Positions 21,280 to 31,437 of a DNA stretch of 64,000 nucleotides are shown piece by piece. The stretch spans positions 372,001 through 436,000 of the forward strand of contig VRMN01000002.1 of assembly GCA_008690995.1 (NCBI GenBank). Direction: 5' to 3'. Position 1 is the stretch's first letter; the number at the start of each line of letters is the position of its first letter. The translations under genes were made by a program, and so were the position numbers. The notes beneath the pieces were generated by a model. It was not told the origin of the DNA, made no database searches, and worked only from the letters and a program-made list of their open reading frames with translations. Source of the DNA: Porphyridium purpureum. Its lineage: Eukaryota.

Positions 21280-21296
21280 AACCAGCGATGATACCA
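21280..21296 (-). promoter_or_regulatory. Primer binding site (tRNA-iMet type)
   Basis: TGGTATCATCGCTGGTT, 2 nt after the 5' LTR. Confidence 0.85.
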
Positions 21297-21298
21297 AA

Positions 21299-21592
21299 TG
21301 TTACCAATGCTGTGCCTTTTACTCTCTCTTCTTCTTTCCTCTTCTGTCTCCGAGCAAGACCTGACCGGCTAGTCCGGGCAGGCGCGTCGCCTTTTTATAC
21401 CCTTACTTCCGCTAGGGACAGCAAGGCACCAAGAGAAATGACAATGCAAATCATTGGCATTTCTGCGCGCGTCTAGAAGGTTCTGGAACCTTTAGAAGCT
21501 TCTAGAAACGGTTAAACGGTCTGCCGGTTTAACGGCTTACCGGTTTCGGATTAACCGAACCGTTCTAGGTGACTGGGGTCGAACGGATAACA
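21299..21592 (-). repeat. Gypsy 5' LTR
   Basis: TGTTA...TAACA termini, adjacent to the PBS; contains TATAAAAA, CCAAT, HSE and AACGG arrays. Confidence 0.95.
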
Positions 21593-22799
21593 CTTGGCAA
21601 GGAATTGACAGACTGCCTGATGGAGCTGGACAGTGAATTTAGACCGAAGCTCAGCAAGAACGGTGCGTCTGTTTGTAGACTACGAAAGGCATTGTATGGC
21701 TGCAGGACATCCGCCAGGTTGTGGTATGAGCACTTGAAAGCGACCTGGTTGATCTCGGTTTCGTAGTGAATGTGTACGATGACTGCGTATTTCAACACCA
21801 AGAGAACGGAATGTGGCTGGCTGTCCACGTGGACGATATAAAGGTGTTCGCAACGCAGCAGAGCCACGTGGCGAGTCTTGTCTCGGCCCTTCAGGACAAG
21901 TACAACGGCTTGCAAGTCCAGTACGGCCCAGCTGTGGAGTATCTAGGGATGGTTTTTCGGTACACGGACGCAAGAACAGTTGAAGTCAGTATGCCCGCAT
22001 ATGTCCAGAAGATTTAACGGACGCCCAAGTGACGGGAAAGGCGAGAGCACCGGCGTTGGCGCACCTTTTTCACAGTCTCGAAGAATCCAGACCGCTGGAG
22101 GAAGAGAGACGAGGTACCTACCACACGACGGCATGCCAAATCTTGTACGCGGCAAAGCGCACCAGGCCGGACGTGCTCCTTGTAGCATCCTTCCTAACAA
22201 GCCGTGTCAACGCGCTCACTGAGGAAGACTGGACCAAAATGAAGAGAACTCTGAGATACATCAATGCGACACAGGACTTGACGCTGACCTTGGGCAGCAA
22301 CGAGCAGAACAAAGTTTATCTGTTCGTGGACGCGGCGTTTGGCGTTCACGACGATATGAAAAGCCACAGCGGATGTATCGTTAGTCTAAGGCGAGGCGCT
22401 GTGTACTGCGAAAGCTCGAGGCAAGCGCTAGCGTCAAAAAGCTCCACAGAAGCTGAGCTGGTCGCCGTCAGCGACTGCCTCGGGCAGGCCGTGTGGGTAC
22501 AACGGTTTCTGGAAAGCATTATCGGAAAAGTTGGAGAAACGGTACTTCTTCAGGATAACGAGGCGACAATCAAGATGATTCGGAATGGGAAACCGAACTC
22601 CGCACGTACAAGACATATGTCGCTCAGGCATTTTTTTGGCAGTGACCGGGTCGCGTGTGGCGAATTGACATTGATGCATTGTCCGACCGAGGCGATGGTC
22701 GCAGATATACACACAAAGGCTCTACAAGGTGCAGCGTTTCGTGAACTCCGTGACAGACTGTTGGGAAACACATCCGAAATCATGAAAACCGATGTTTAG
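21593..22799 (+). pseudogene. pol: Copia 2 pol, 3' segment (RT + RNase H), with two 1-nt frameshifts (~21746, ~22013)
   Basis: Continues LVRLG|KELTD across the TSD; RKALYGC, AVHVDD, YLGM, TRPDV, FVDAAFGVHDDMKSHSG, SSTEAE, QDNEA, MVADIHTK. Confidence 0.92.
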
Positions 22800-22847
22800 C
22801 TCCGAAACAAAGGAACACTGGTGGAACACACGTGACGATCAGGAGTG

Positions 22848-23116
22848 TGTTGGCGTGGGAATTAGTGGGTGCTGTACTTTCGGCTGAGTGTGCACGAAGC
22901 GTCCAGCGAATCATCGTCGACGTGCGTGAGAAGGTGAAAGAAATGGGAGATTCCGTGGTCCGAGTGATACTTAAGTATCAGGGCAGACGGAGCGGCCGGC
23001 GTGAGGTAGGGGCGAAGAGGTAGGTTTATATGTTTTTGCCGCCAGGGGGTGTAAAACGAATCCTTTCAACATTTTGAGGAATAAAAGTGGCTTCTCCCGT
23101 GCGCGGAGTTTCAACA
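22848..23116 (+). repeat. Putative 3' LTR of Copia 2
   Basis: AGGAGTG then TGTTGG just after the pol stop; TTTATA, AATAAA, ends TTTCAACA; 5' LTR absent so the end is unconfirmed. Confidence 0.5.
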
Positions 23117-23199
23117 GGCACTGAACCGTACGGTACAGTGTACACCCAGCATGCGGGTGTCCAGCGAATGCACCTCACGGCCGTGCAACATGGGGACGC

Positions 23200-23360
23200 A
23201 GGGTTGGCGAATGTGGGCATGGTTTGGACGTGTGTGACCGCCACTTTGGACGTCGCCCACGGTGATCGTGGGCGAATTCAGGGCCGAAGGCGGTGGTCAG
23301 GCGGCATCTCTGACCGGGGCGGCTGTGAAAGTCTCCCACCTGAAGGCGTGGTATAAAATG
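23200..23360 (+). pseudogene. Possible decayed retroelement integrase C-terminus
   Basis: One frame reads PLWTSPTVIV...VKVSHLKAWY, resembling the GPY/F and VSHLKPY motifs. Confidence 0.25.
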
Positions 23361-23949
23361 CGGGGTAGCGCGGAAGCTACGATCGAATGAGGACCTAGCG
23401 TAGAGGTAGAGGCTCTTCTGTGGTGTGATATGAAAAGAGGTTGTTGTGAACCACTGAGTCTCTCATTTATTGAGCCTATTTGGTCAGTCGTTAGTGGACA
23501 TGGGTGCACGTGATCTAATACGCCCTTTCAAGCGGCCTGTCGTATCCGAAGAAACAAAGACAACTGCGCTTGGTGTTCGCCGCCGGGGTAGAGCATTTCA
23601 TCATGGCTTGTGTGGACATTGCCGGCGGGCGGCTCTCCGTTTCTTAAGAAGCAAGAGGCTGGGGGCGTGCGGTGGAGTAAAGACTTTGGTCTCCTCGTGT
23701 TTTGAGAGTTGCAAAGCGGGACGGCAAGAGAACGCATCGGCGTGTGAGCGCCCGTCACTCCGTCTAGCCCACCACCAAGTTGGTGGTGCGCGCGCGCGTT
23801 CCCAGTGGTCAGTTCATAACCGTGCTTTCAGGGTTACTTATTCGTTGTTACTCTTAAGAATAATGTTTCAGCCTTACTGTACCGCAAAAGACTATTTTAC
23901 ACACATGTCCAATATATTAGAGGGAGTATTCATTCTCGCCCATTTATGG

Positions 23950-24600
23950 ACTGACTAGACGACACGCCTCCTCGTACTAGGCCTCGGGAAGCGCAAAGTC
24001 TTGTGGCCAAACATGAAAGACGGATTCGGATTTCCATGATTCGAACGAGCCTCCTTGTTTGCGGAAAAACAAATAGTACGTTGGAAAGGGCACCCAGCCA
24101 CGATGCAAAACTCTTCCTTCCAGGACGCATACCTAGGCGTCCATCTTAGAGGTCCATTGATTTATCAAGTACTATACAGAGAGGCGGGAGAGCTAGGATG
24201 GGCATGACCCCATGATCCACTAGTATCGTGCCTGTATGCATTTTGCGTGCTGCCGGCTTCAAGCGGTTTGCATGAAATCGATCAGAGAGAAAATGATGAA
24301 ACCAGATTGGAACGTAACAGAAAAGGAATTGCGTAAGTCTCATGGCGAGATTAAGGGGCAGAGGCTGACTCTAGTCTTGTGCGTTGACAACGGCATACTC
24401 ACGGGACCCCACAGGGATAAGCACGAAATGCTGGATGAGTTGTACTCCAACTTTTCTCACGAATACTAGGGGATTCCGTCAACGATGCGCCGAGGTAGGT
24501 GCCCGCTTGCTTCGACGGGATGAAACTGCGAACGATAAGCCATAAGTCCATGCGTGATAAAGCGCATACGCCAAGATAATTGTGGCAAATACACTCCAAG
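23950..24600 (+). pseudogene. Highly degenerate Copia-type reverse transcriptase
   Basis: RISMIRTSLLV...DAKLFL and QRLTLVLCVDNGILTG (YVDD-like) in the expected order. Confidence 0.55.
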
Positions 24601-24896
24601 CTATTCCAAGACGAACTCAAAACTGTTGCGACGTCCACCAGTGTTTTAGAAACATGGTTTAAAAGTGTTCCGGTCCGAGAGACGCCCTGGGTGTACTCCT
24701 AGAGGTACGGCGTCTTAGGATAGTTTGGAAGTTCGAGGTACAGGGGCTTTTTCGCCCGCTTGGTTTTTTACCCTGTACCTCTATTTTGTGCATTGTTGTC
24801 TTTTGCCCCGAGGAGCCGAAGTCGCGTTTCCGTGGGGAGCAGGAGCCGCCTGGCGGCGAACCGGCACCCATTGAGCCGCTTGTTGACGTGGCTGGC

Positions 24897-25400
24897 TGTA
24901 GCTTCGTTCTGTGGAACGAACGGAGGAATGCCCAGCTTTTTGGGAGAAATTATTTCTCCCTTCCGCGTCCAGGACAGCAAGGACGGCGGGGTATACAATG
25001 GGCGCGGGCCTGTGCGGTCCCTCGGATTTCTTGGGAGCGGAAGAAGCAGAGGCAAGGGAGTAAGGCACAGAGAATAAAGGAAGAGTTGTTCTTTGGTGTC
25101 GGGTGCCTGGGCGTGGTCGTTGCAAGGCGTGGGGCCTTTTGCTGAGCCTGTGTAGCAGAGCCAGCAGCACATCGTGTCTGGGGGATTTCGGTGCTGTTAG
25201 AGCACTAAAGGCAGACGGCGGCTTTGTCCGTTACGACACCCTGCCCATGTCAAGACCGGTGCTATCTGTGCCGACGCGAAAGACAATAGTAGAGACCCTG
25301 AAGGGGAGCTTGTCCAATCCCCAGGTTTTCGTCGTCTGTGGGTGTGGCTGTGTTCTGTGTGGTGTGTGTTTCGTGTTTTTGGTATTTGGTCATCTATGGA
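24897..25400 (+). mobile_element. Possible degenerate LTR + PBS + TG-rich leader of another Gypsy-like family
   Basis: TGTAG start, GTATACAA, AATAAA, then TT-TGGTGTCGGG PBS-like motif at ~25093 and a TG-rich tract like the intact Gypsy leader. Confidence 0.3.
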
Positions 25401-25624
25401 TATTTGTGTCATCCGGTTTGTCCGCTTGTCATCATCAAGCGCGCTGAATTTGAAGTGGCAGGTGCATCGCATTCGTGTCAACGCAGGGACGGAAGAAGCA
25501 GCCTTATTGATTTGAGCTCTTACTTGCTTGCATCCGTGCGGCGGCCAGCACACGTACTTACCTTTCTATATTCTAATTCGTTTTAAAGCAAATGCATAGG
25601 TTCCGGAAACATCTCGCCTCAGCA

Positions 25625-28600
25625 TCAAGACTCGCTTCCGCCTATCGTCTGAGAAGCCATGACGTCGCGAGGGGAAACGGACAGTGAGTGATTCTGTGTC
25701 GGACTGATTTCAGCATTAAGAAGCAGTGTCTCGACAATGGCGCAAGTTTCTCTGCGGTAAACATCCCTCTCCAGCTCTTCCGACTTTTTTCCGGCGAATT
25801 GAACAATATCTTCCGGGAGACCTGCAAGCCTCGCGACATTCAAACCGTAACTGCAGTCCGCAATGCCTGCTGTCAACCGATACAGAAACGTGATTCGCGG
25901 TGGCATGTCGGCACTTTCTCGTTCTTCTTGAAGAAAGGCCATATACATAGCGCTGCATGTTCTCACGTCGCGGCGGCACATCTGCGCGACCACGTTGGGA
26001 TAATGCGTGACGAACAGGCAGCAGCTTTGCATGCTCTGCACTATATACTCCAAGCTCGCCGCAGCAATGGCGCTTCCATCATGCGTTGCTGTGCCGCGAC
26101 CGAGTTCATCAATAATCAGCAATGACCGCTCAGACGCACTGTGCATGATATGCGCCATGTCATTCATCTCTGTCATGAATGTCGACCTTCCAGAGGCAAT
26201 ATTGTCGGTCGCTCCCATGCGCGCGTAGATTGCGTCAAAAGGTGACAAAGCCATGCTGTTGGCGGGCACGTAACTGCCCATCTGCGCCATAATTGCAAGC
26301 ATGGCGACCATACGCATGTACGTGCTTTTGCCACCCATATTGGGCCCGGTAACAATTAAACATCTCGGATCACAGGCATCGCTGGTCTTGTCCAAAGCCA
26401 AACCAAGACGTACGTCATTCGGAACAAATGTCATGCTTTGTTCAACAATCGGGTGGCGTGCCTGCATGGCCTGCAAACCAGCCGGCGTTGAATTTTCGTC
26501 AAAAATTTCAGGCCGCACGTAACCGGGCGTTAAGCTGACGACGGCTAGCGCACAGGTGGCGTCAAACGCCCCGAGCGCGCGAACGAGCGAACGTATGGCA
26601 ACATACTCTGCATTCACTAGGACAAGAAATGCGCGCCAAGTCGCAGCGGCCTCGAGACCCAGTTGCTCTCTCGTTTCGTTCAGAGCCTGCATTGCCGTGC
26701 TGGTTTCTGTTGTACGGAAACGGACTACTGATTTCGTTTGGTTGATCCGCTTCCACGAGCTCGGCACCCGTGGCGCATCGCGCAAGGGGATTTCGATGAG
26801 GAACTCTTCCGTCGCTACTTTCTTCCAGTCCACGGTCCGCTTCAACTCTTTGCCGATTGCGGTTCGAACTCGCTCAAGTTGCATCAAGCATTTGTCACCC
26901 TGAGCATGCAAGCGGTCAATTGTCGCCACATGCTCAAAGTACGCACTCAATTCCGGGTGATGATTTTTGAGCAACATGCCCTGGGAAATCGATTCCACAG
27001 CTCTGCCACGAAATAGCTGCGCGAATTGATCTGGTTTTAGCTCAATCGCTGGATCCGGAGATGTCTCTGATGAGTCTCCCTTCGACCTTTTCTTCATCGC
27101 CATTTCTGTATCAAGAAGGCCGAGACACGTTTCGAGGTACTGGATGAGACCAGAGCTCTTCAGGGCCATTCCCATGAGACACTCATTTGCGTCGCCGTCA
27201 CCTTCTTGATCCACATCCAAAGGCAACTCATTCGACTTTGCAAGCTTCTGAGCAAGACGCAGAAGCCTGACAAGCCAAGAAAGAGTTTGCACGAGCTCGG
27301 CCGGCGAACATTTGAGATGGTGAATTTTGACGACTGCGCGCTCGAGGTCGGGGCACTTGGCCAAAGCCGCGTGCATGGCTTGGAATTGGCGCGAGTCCGA
27401 TCCTTGACGAATTGTGTTTCGCACTGCGTCCACGCGACCCAGCCGGGCGCGAATATGTAACGCGTTCACGAGTGGCTTCAGGATCCAAAATTTCATGCAT
27501 CGCTTCCCAAAAGACGTGCGGCAGCCGCGGCTCATGTGACCGAGCAACGAGCCGCCGGTACTGCTTGGATGCCCCAGGATGTCCAAGTGCGAGATTACAT
27601 TGCGGTCCATCCGTAATTCGGCAGAACTGCGAAACACGCTAAAATCTGTTGCGTATTCTAGCGCTCGGTCCAGCTGGAAATCACACAGGTATTTTCTGCA
27701 CGCCTCCACGCACGGCCATACAGTTTGTGGAAATGGCGCTGCCGTGCCTAGGTTCGGTTGAACGTCAAAGTCAATGTCGACGCGTTCCACTCGAATGTGA
27801 GGCATCAGTTTCTTGTACTGCTTTACATAGCTTTCCAGACGTGGCGTCACGTGATCTTTGAGCAATAAGAGCTCAACAACGTCCAAGGCGTGCATGCGGG
27901 CATCCAGTTGATCAAAAACGACATCACTTCTTTCAAAAAACTCATCGTACAGAACATCGCCATTCGCGCTGTCTACTGCGAGCATACCCAGCTTGCCGGT
28001 GCCCTCATCTTGGTACAAACCCACTAGGAACGAACAATTTGGTCGTGAACCAGTTTCTATCGCTTCGTCCTGGTCGTCAACATTGTCCTCGTCCAACAAC
28101 CCGACCATGGTGGAGCGCGTGAATAAGTCGGTCAGTTTCCTCTCGAATGTCGTCGACGCGCTGGAGCAGGACGCAGCCGCCGCCTTTTTTTTCAACGCCG
28201 GCGTCTCGATCTGGCGCACAATACCTACGCGCGCCCCTGCGAGAACCAGTTTGCGAACGTAAAACAGCACGCGATGCACGGGAAACGACACGGTCAGGAA
28301 ATTATGGTCGACATAAGCGAAGAGGCCGCAGACGCGCGACGCGAGCTGCGCATCGGCACCAAAGAGTCGATACTTATACCCGACCTGAACCACTAGAACT
28401 GTGTTCCTGTTACAGCGCCGGATTTGCTCAACTTGTTCCTCCAGCGGGGTCAGCTTGAGATGGGAGCGCGGCTGCGGTGCCAAAGAAGCTAGTGTTTCTC
28501 CTGCAGCCACCTTCTCCCACGCAGGCTTGAAATCGCGCAGCTTTTCCACGAATCGGCGTCGCAAGTCTGGATCCCGCGTGGAGAGCGTGCTCTCGACGTC

Positions 28601-28918
28601 CACAGGCACCTCTTTTTCCAGTCGCGGTTTCTTCGCAGCGGCTGGTTCCGCACTCTGATGCAGAATGGGCCACTGGCGCTTCAAATCGCTTGAGGATGTG
28701 CGCACGCCACGCTCGCACACTTCCTCAGTTCCACGCGCGTCGACCACATTCTCCTGCTGCGGCTGTTTCGTCGCCACGGGCGACGTCTCCTCTCTCTCGC
28801 GCGCGCGGCCAGCCGGCGCCGCGGGCGCTGCTGGGGCAAAGAAGCGGGAGATCAGAAGCTGTCTCGGCTTGGCTGTGTGCTGCGCGGGTTCCGCACTCCG
28901 CTCGCGCCCTCGGCCCAT
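25625..28918 (-). CDS. MSH3: DNA mismatch repair protein MSH3
   Basis: PIP-box QLLISRFF, KLTPLEEQ, VGYKYRLFG (MSH3-type), TGPNMGGKST, STFMTEM, DELGRGT, FVTHY, SYGLNVARLAG; first ATG at 28918. Confidence 0.93.
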   Translation of the reverse strand: MGRGRERSAEPAQHTAKPRQLLISRFFAPAAPAAPAGRAREREETSPVATKQPQQENVVDARGTEEVCERGVRTSSSDLKRQWPILHQSAEPAAAKKPRLEKEVPVDVESTLSTRDPDLRRRFVEKLRDFKPAWEKVAAGETLASLAPQPRSHLKLTPLEEQVEQIRRCNRNTVLVVQVGYKYRLFGADAQLASRVCGLFAYVDHNFLTVSFPVHRVLFYVRKLVLAGARVGIVRQIETPALKKKAAAASCSSASTTFERKLTDLFTRSTMVGLLDEDNVDDQDEAIETGSRPNCSFLVGLYQDEGTGKLGMLAVDSANGDVLYDEFFERSDVVFDQLDARMHALDVVELLLLKDHVTPRLESYVKQYKKLMPHIRVERVDIDFDVQPNLGTAAPFPQTVWPCVEACRKYLCDFQLDRALEYATDFSVFRSSAELRMDRNVISHLDILGHPSSTGGSLLGHMSRGCRTSFGKRCMKFWILKPLVNALHIRARLGRVDAVRNTIRQGSDSRQFQAMHAALAKCPDLERAVVKIHHLKCSPAELVQTLSWLVRLLRLAQKLAKSNELPLDVDQEGDGDANECLMGMALKSSGLIQYLETCLGLLDTEMAMKKRSKGDSSETSPDPAIELKPDQFAQLFRGRAVESISQGMLLKNHHPELSAYFEHVATIDRLHAQGDKCLMQLERVRTAIGKELKRTVDWKKVATEEFLIEIPLRDAPRVPSSWKRINQTKSVVRFRTTETSTAMQALNETREQLGLEAAATWRAFLVLVNAEYVAIRSLVRALGAFDATCALAVVSLTPGYVRPEIFDENSTPAGLQAMQARHPIVEQSMTFVPNDVRLGLALDKTSDACDPRCLIVTGPNMGGKSTYMRMVAMLAIMAQMGSYVPANSMALSPFDAIYARMGATDNIASGRSTFMTEMNDMAHIMHSASERSLLIIDELGRGTATHDGSAIAAASLEYIVQSMQSCCLFVTHYPNVVAQMCRRDVRTCSAMYMAFLQEERESADMPPRITFLYRLTAGIADCSYGLNVARLAGLPEDIVQFAGKKSEELERDVYRRETCAIVETLLLNAEISPTQNHSLSVSPRDVMASQTIGGSES

Positions 28919-29243
28919 GGCTGTCGAGCCCAGCCTCACCCTGCTCGGTTGCGTGCCAGCTCTCGTGTCCCATCCGCTCTTTCGCGCCCAAAACGTTCCC
29001 AAAAACCCTAAAACTAGGGATCAAGCGCAGCGTCGTGGGTCCTTCTGAACCAGCCCGATTTGCTATGAAGAACGCGAACGCCAAAACGCATGCTAAAAGA
29101 GCTAGGTTTGATAGAAATACGGTTCAGTTACTGTACCGCGGGGGGCGGTCTTGCTTTCAAACGGTTGAGGCAGAATGGCGTGAGTGCGATGTTCGACGTG
29201 CAGCGGGAACCAGTGGCTCGCACGCGAAAGGACTCACGCGTGC

Positions 29244-31298
29244 TCAGCTGACGGTTTGGGTGTGCGCCGCGACTGGAATCAGCGCCGCGGCCTGTTCCTT
29301 GAGACTGTCGTCCACTCCGAGGCGGACCAGAGCGGACAGAATGGGCGCGTACTGTTCTTGATTCGGCTCGGGTTGAGTGGCCTCTCGTTGCGCGAGTCGG
29401 ACCAATTCGTCGCCGAGCCCGTCGATCAAGTCGGCATGACGGGAATGGTCCAGACCCCACTTCTCGAGCGACGTCACAACGCTCAGCAGGCGGTCAGGCG
29501 ACATCCATCCCGCAAGTTGCGTCGTCGAAGTGGTGAACGCATCGCGCCCGAAAAATGTTCCCTTCCACTGGTCCAAGAACTCGTCATCCGGGCACGGCGC
29601 TCCAACCGAAGATAGGGCGTCCAGAAGCTGGAGTGTGTACAGTGGCATATCCATGCAGCGATTCATCGCCAAAGCAACCACGTCTGCATCCTCAATGCGG
29701 CACCCGAGCCTTGCGGCGCCGTGCAACACATTCACAAATTCACGCGGTTCGTCAATACCGTTCAGCGCCTGCAGAACCAAGCCTGACAATGCTTCACGAG
29801 TCTCGTTCGACAGTTCGGCGTTCAGTACTGATGACGTACACGACGCAAGTAGCAGCGACATGAGGCCTGGCAAGTCCCCCAGCTTCAGACGAAAGCGAGC
29901 TCGCGGAGCCTTTCCACCGAGCGCGCGGGCTCGCGTCTCTTTCCATGACTTCACCCACGACCTCATCAGATAAACAAAAAGTTCAGTGTCAGGGTACTCA
30001 AAAATATGCAGCTGTCGTATCGCGACTGTCAGGCTCGTAAGATCCATTTCGGCCGCACGAAGCCGAACTTCAAGAACCCACGTGCGCACGAGTGGAGAAG
30101 CGGGAGGCTCCAGGTCACCGATTCTCCCACCGTAGAACAGAATATTGGCAATACGCCTGGGGTGCTGCACCGAAGGTGCTAGGCTGTGAAGCACGGCTCG
30201 TTTCCATTCTTGAAATGTGCCATCTGGAACACGCGGTGCTTCCATTTCGCGCTCCATATATGATTGGAGCAAAGCGGCCCCGTTGAGTTGCTTGAATGAC
30301 GCTGCCGGCAACCGAGTGTGAAAAATAGTCCACCACTTGGTGTGCACACCTTGCCTCACCCACAGTTCACGCACGACTTCTGCGGCGCGCTTGTCTGCTT
30401 GCGAAAAGAGCACCACTAGCCTAAGAAGGGCGAGAAGATCCTGCGTTACCGCCAACGGCGACACTTTCCTGCACACAATTGGCATCCATGCGTCTCTCAT
30501 GTGCTGAATCTTCACGCGCTTGTCATAATACTGTTCCACTCGCCTGCGCAATTCAGTACGCGTCCGCCGTTCGAGCAAAAGCGCCAATTTCAGGGAAGGC
30601 GGCGACGTTTCTGGTCCTTTCCGAGCCGCACGAGCGCTCCCGTTGGTCCCTTTGCGAGGATCACGACCATTTGGCTGGCCCACCTTGCCGGCATTTGCGT
30701 CACGTCGCGCGGAATCTAATGCGTGGTCTTCACGGGCGTGAGTCCGTTCCGATGTCTCGTTCGCATCTGGCATTGACTCGCTTGCATTCCAACCTCTTTG
30801 AACAAGTTCGGCATCTTCCTCATCGCGAGTCTGCCAGCTGCCTTGCTCGATGCCTTGCGGTTCATCACGTTCACCATACTGGCCGTCCTGCCGATCCGCC
30901 GGCCGAACGTCCTCCTCGTCAGCAGACCGATAGTCCACATCGCGCACTTCACCGTGCACGGCGCCTGCGTCCCTCTTCGCCTGTTCCTGTGGAGCAGCAC
31001 CCGCCTTGTCCTCATCTCCTCCTACTCGGTCAGCCCAGCCGCGGCGCCATGTCGCGTGAAGCGGACGCGACTGCGCGTTGAACACCGTTCGCACCTCGCG
31101 CTGGGGTGACAGATGCTGCGCTTTCCACGCCGCGCAGAACTCCAACTGCGACGCAGTCTGATAAACCGCGCGTGAGTGGGTGAGTTGTCTACTAGCTTGT
31201 CGTCGCACCACAACCCGTTGCCACCGCCATCTCATCTTCTCATGTCGAACGACATACCGATGGCACCTCCTGCTCGCGCGCACGAACCTCGCACGCAC
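29244..31298 (-). CDS. Hypothetical protein; probable organelle transit peptide and degenerate alpha-helical repeats
   Basis: 684-codon ORF, Arg-rich N-terminus, segments such as EFVNVLHGAARLG; start codon uncertain. Confidence 0.65.
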   Translation of the reverse strand: MRARFVRASRRCHRYVVRHEKMRWRWQRVVVRRQASRQLTHSRAVYQTASQLEFCAAWKAQHLSPQREVRTVFNAQSRPLHATWRRGWADRVGGDEDKAGAAPQEQAKRDAGAVHGEVRDVDYRSADEEDVRPADRQDGQYGERDEPQGIEQGSWQTRDEEDAELVQRGWNASESMPDANETSERTHAREDHALDSARRDANAGKVGQPNGRDPRKGTNGSARAARKGPETSPPSLKLALLLERRTRTELRRRVEQYYDKRVKIQHMRDAWMPIVCRKVSPLAVTQDLLALLRLVVLFSQADKRAAEVVRELWVRQGVHTKWWTIFHTRLPAASFKQLNGAALLQSYMEREMEAPRVPDGTFQEWKRAVLHSLAPSVQHPRRIANILFYGGRIGDLEPPASPLVRTWVLEVRLRAAEMDLTSLTVAIRQLHIFEYPDTELFVYLMRSWVKSWKETRARALGGKAPRARFRLKLGDLPGLMSLLLASCTSSVLNAELSNETREALSGLVLQALNGIDEPREFVNVLHGAARLGCRIEDADVVALAMNRCMDMPLYTLQLLDALSSVGAPCPDDEFLDQWKGTFFGRDAFTTSTTQLAGWMSPDRLLSVVTSLEKWGLDHSRHADLIDGLGDELVRLAQREATQPEPNQEQYAPILSALVRLGVDDSLKEQAAALIPVAAHTQTVS

Positions 31299-31437
31299 TC
31301 CGAACGATTTCTCTATGAAAAATCACAAAAGTGGCTCATTTACATATGAAAACGGAGAAGGCGTCTTAAGCTGGCCAGCAGGACGTATTTGGGGAGAGTG
31401 AGGGTGCGAGAGGGAGGAGGTAGCTGGCGACGCGATC

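Larger units (their letters stand above)
16139..21592 (-). mobile_element. Full-length Ty3/Gypsy LTR retrotransposon, copy 2 (5454 bp)
   Basis: LTRs 16139-16429 and 21299-21592, perfect TSD CTTGG (16134-16138, 21593-21597), PBS, PPT, gag-PR-RT-RH-IN. Confidence 0.97.

Noticed and set aside
29003..29011. AAACCCTAA telo-box upstream of MSH3
   Set aside because: A single 9-mer, compatible with chance; no telomeric array
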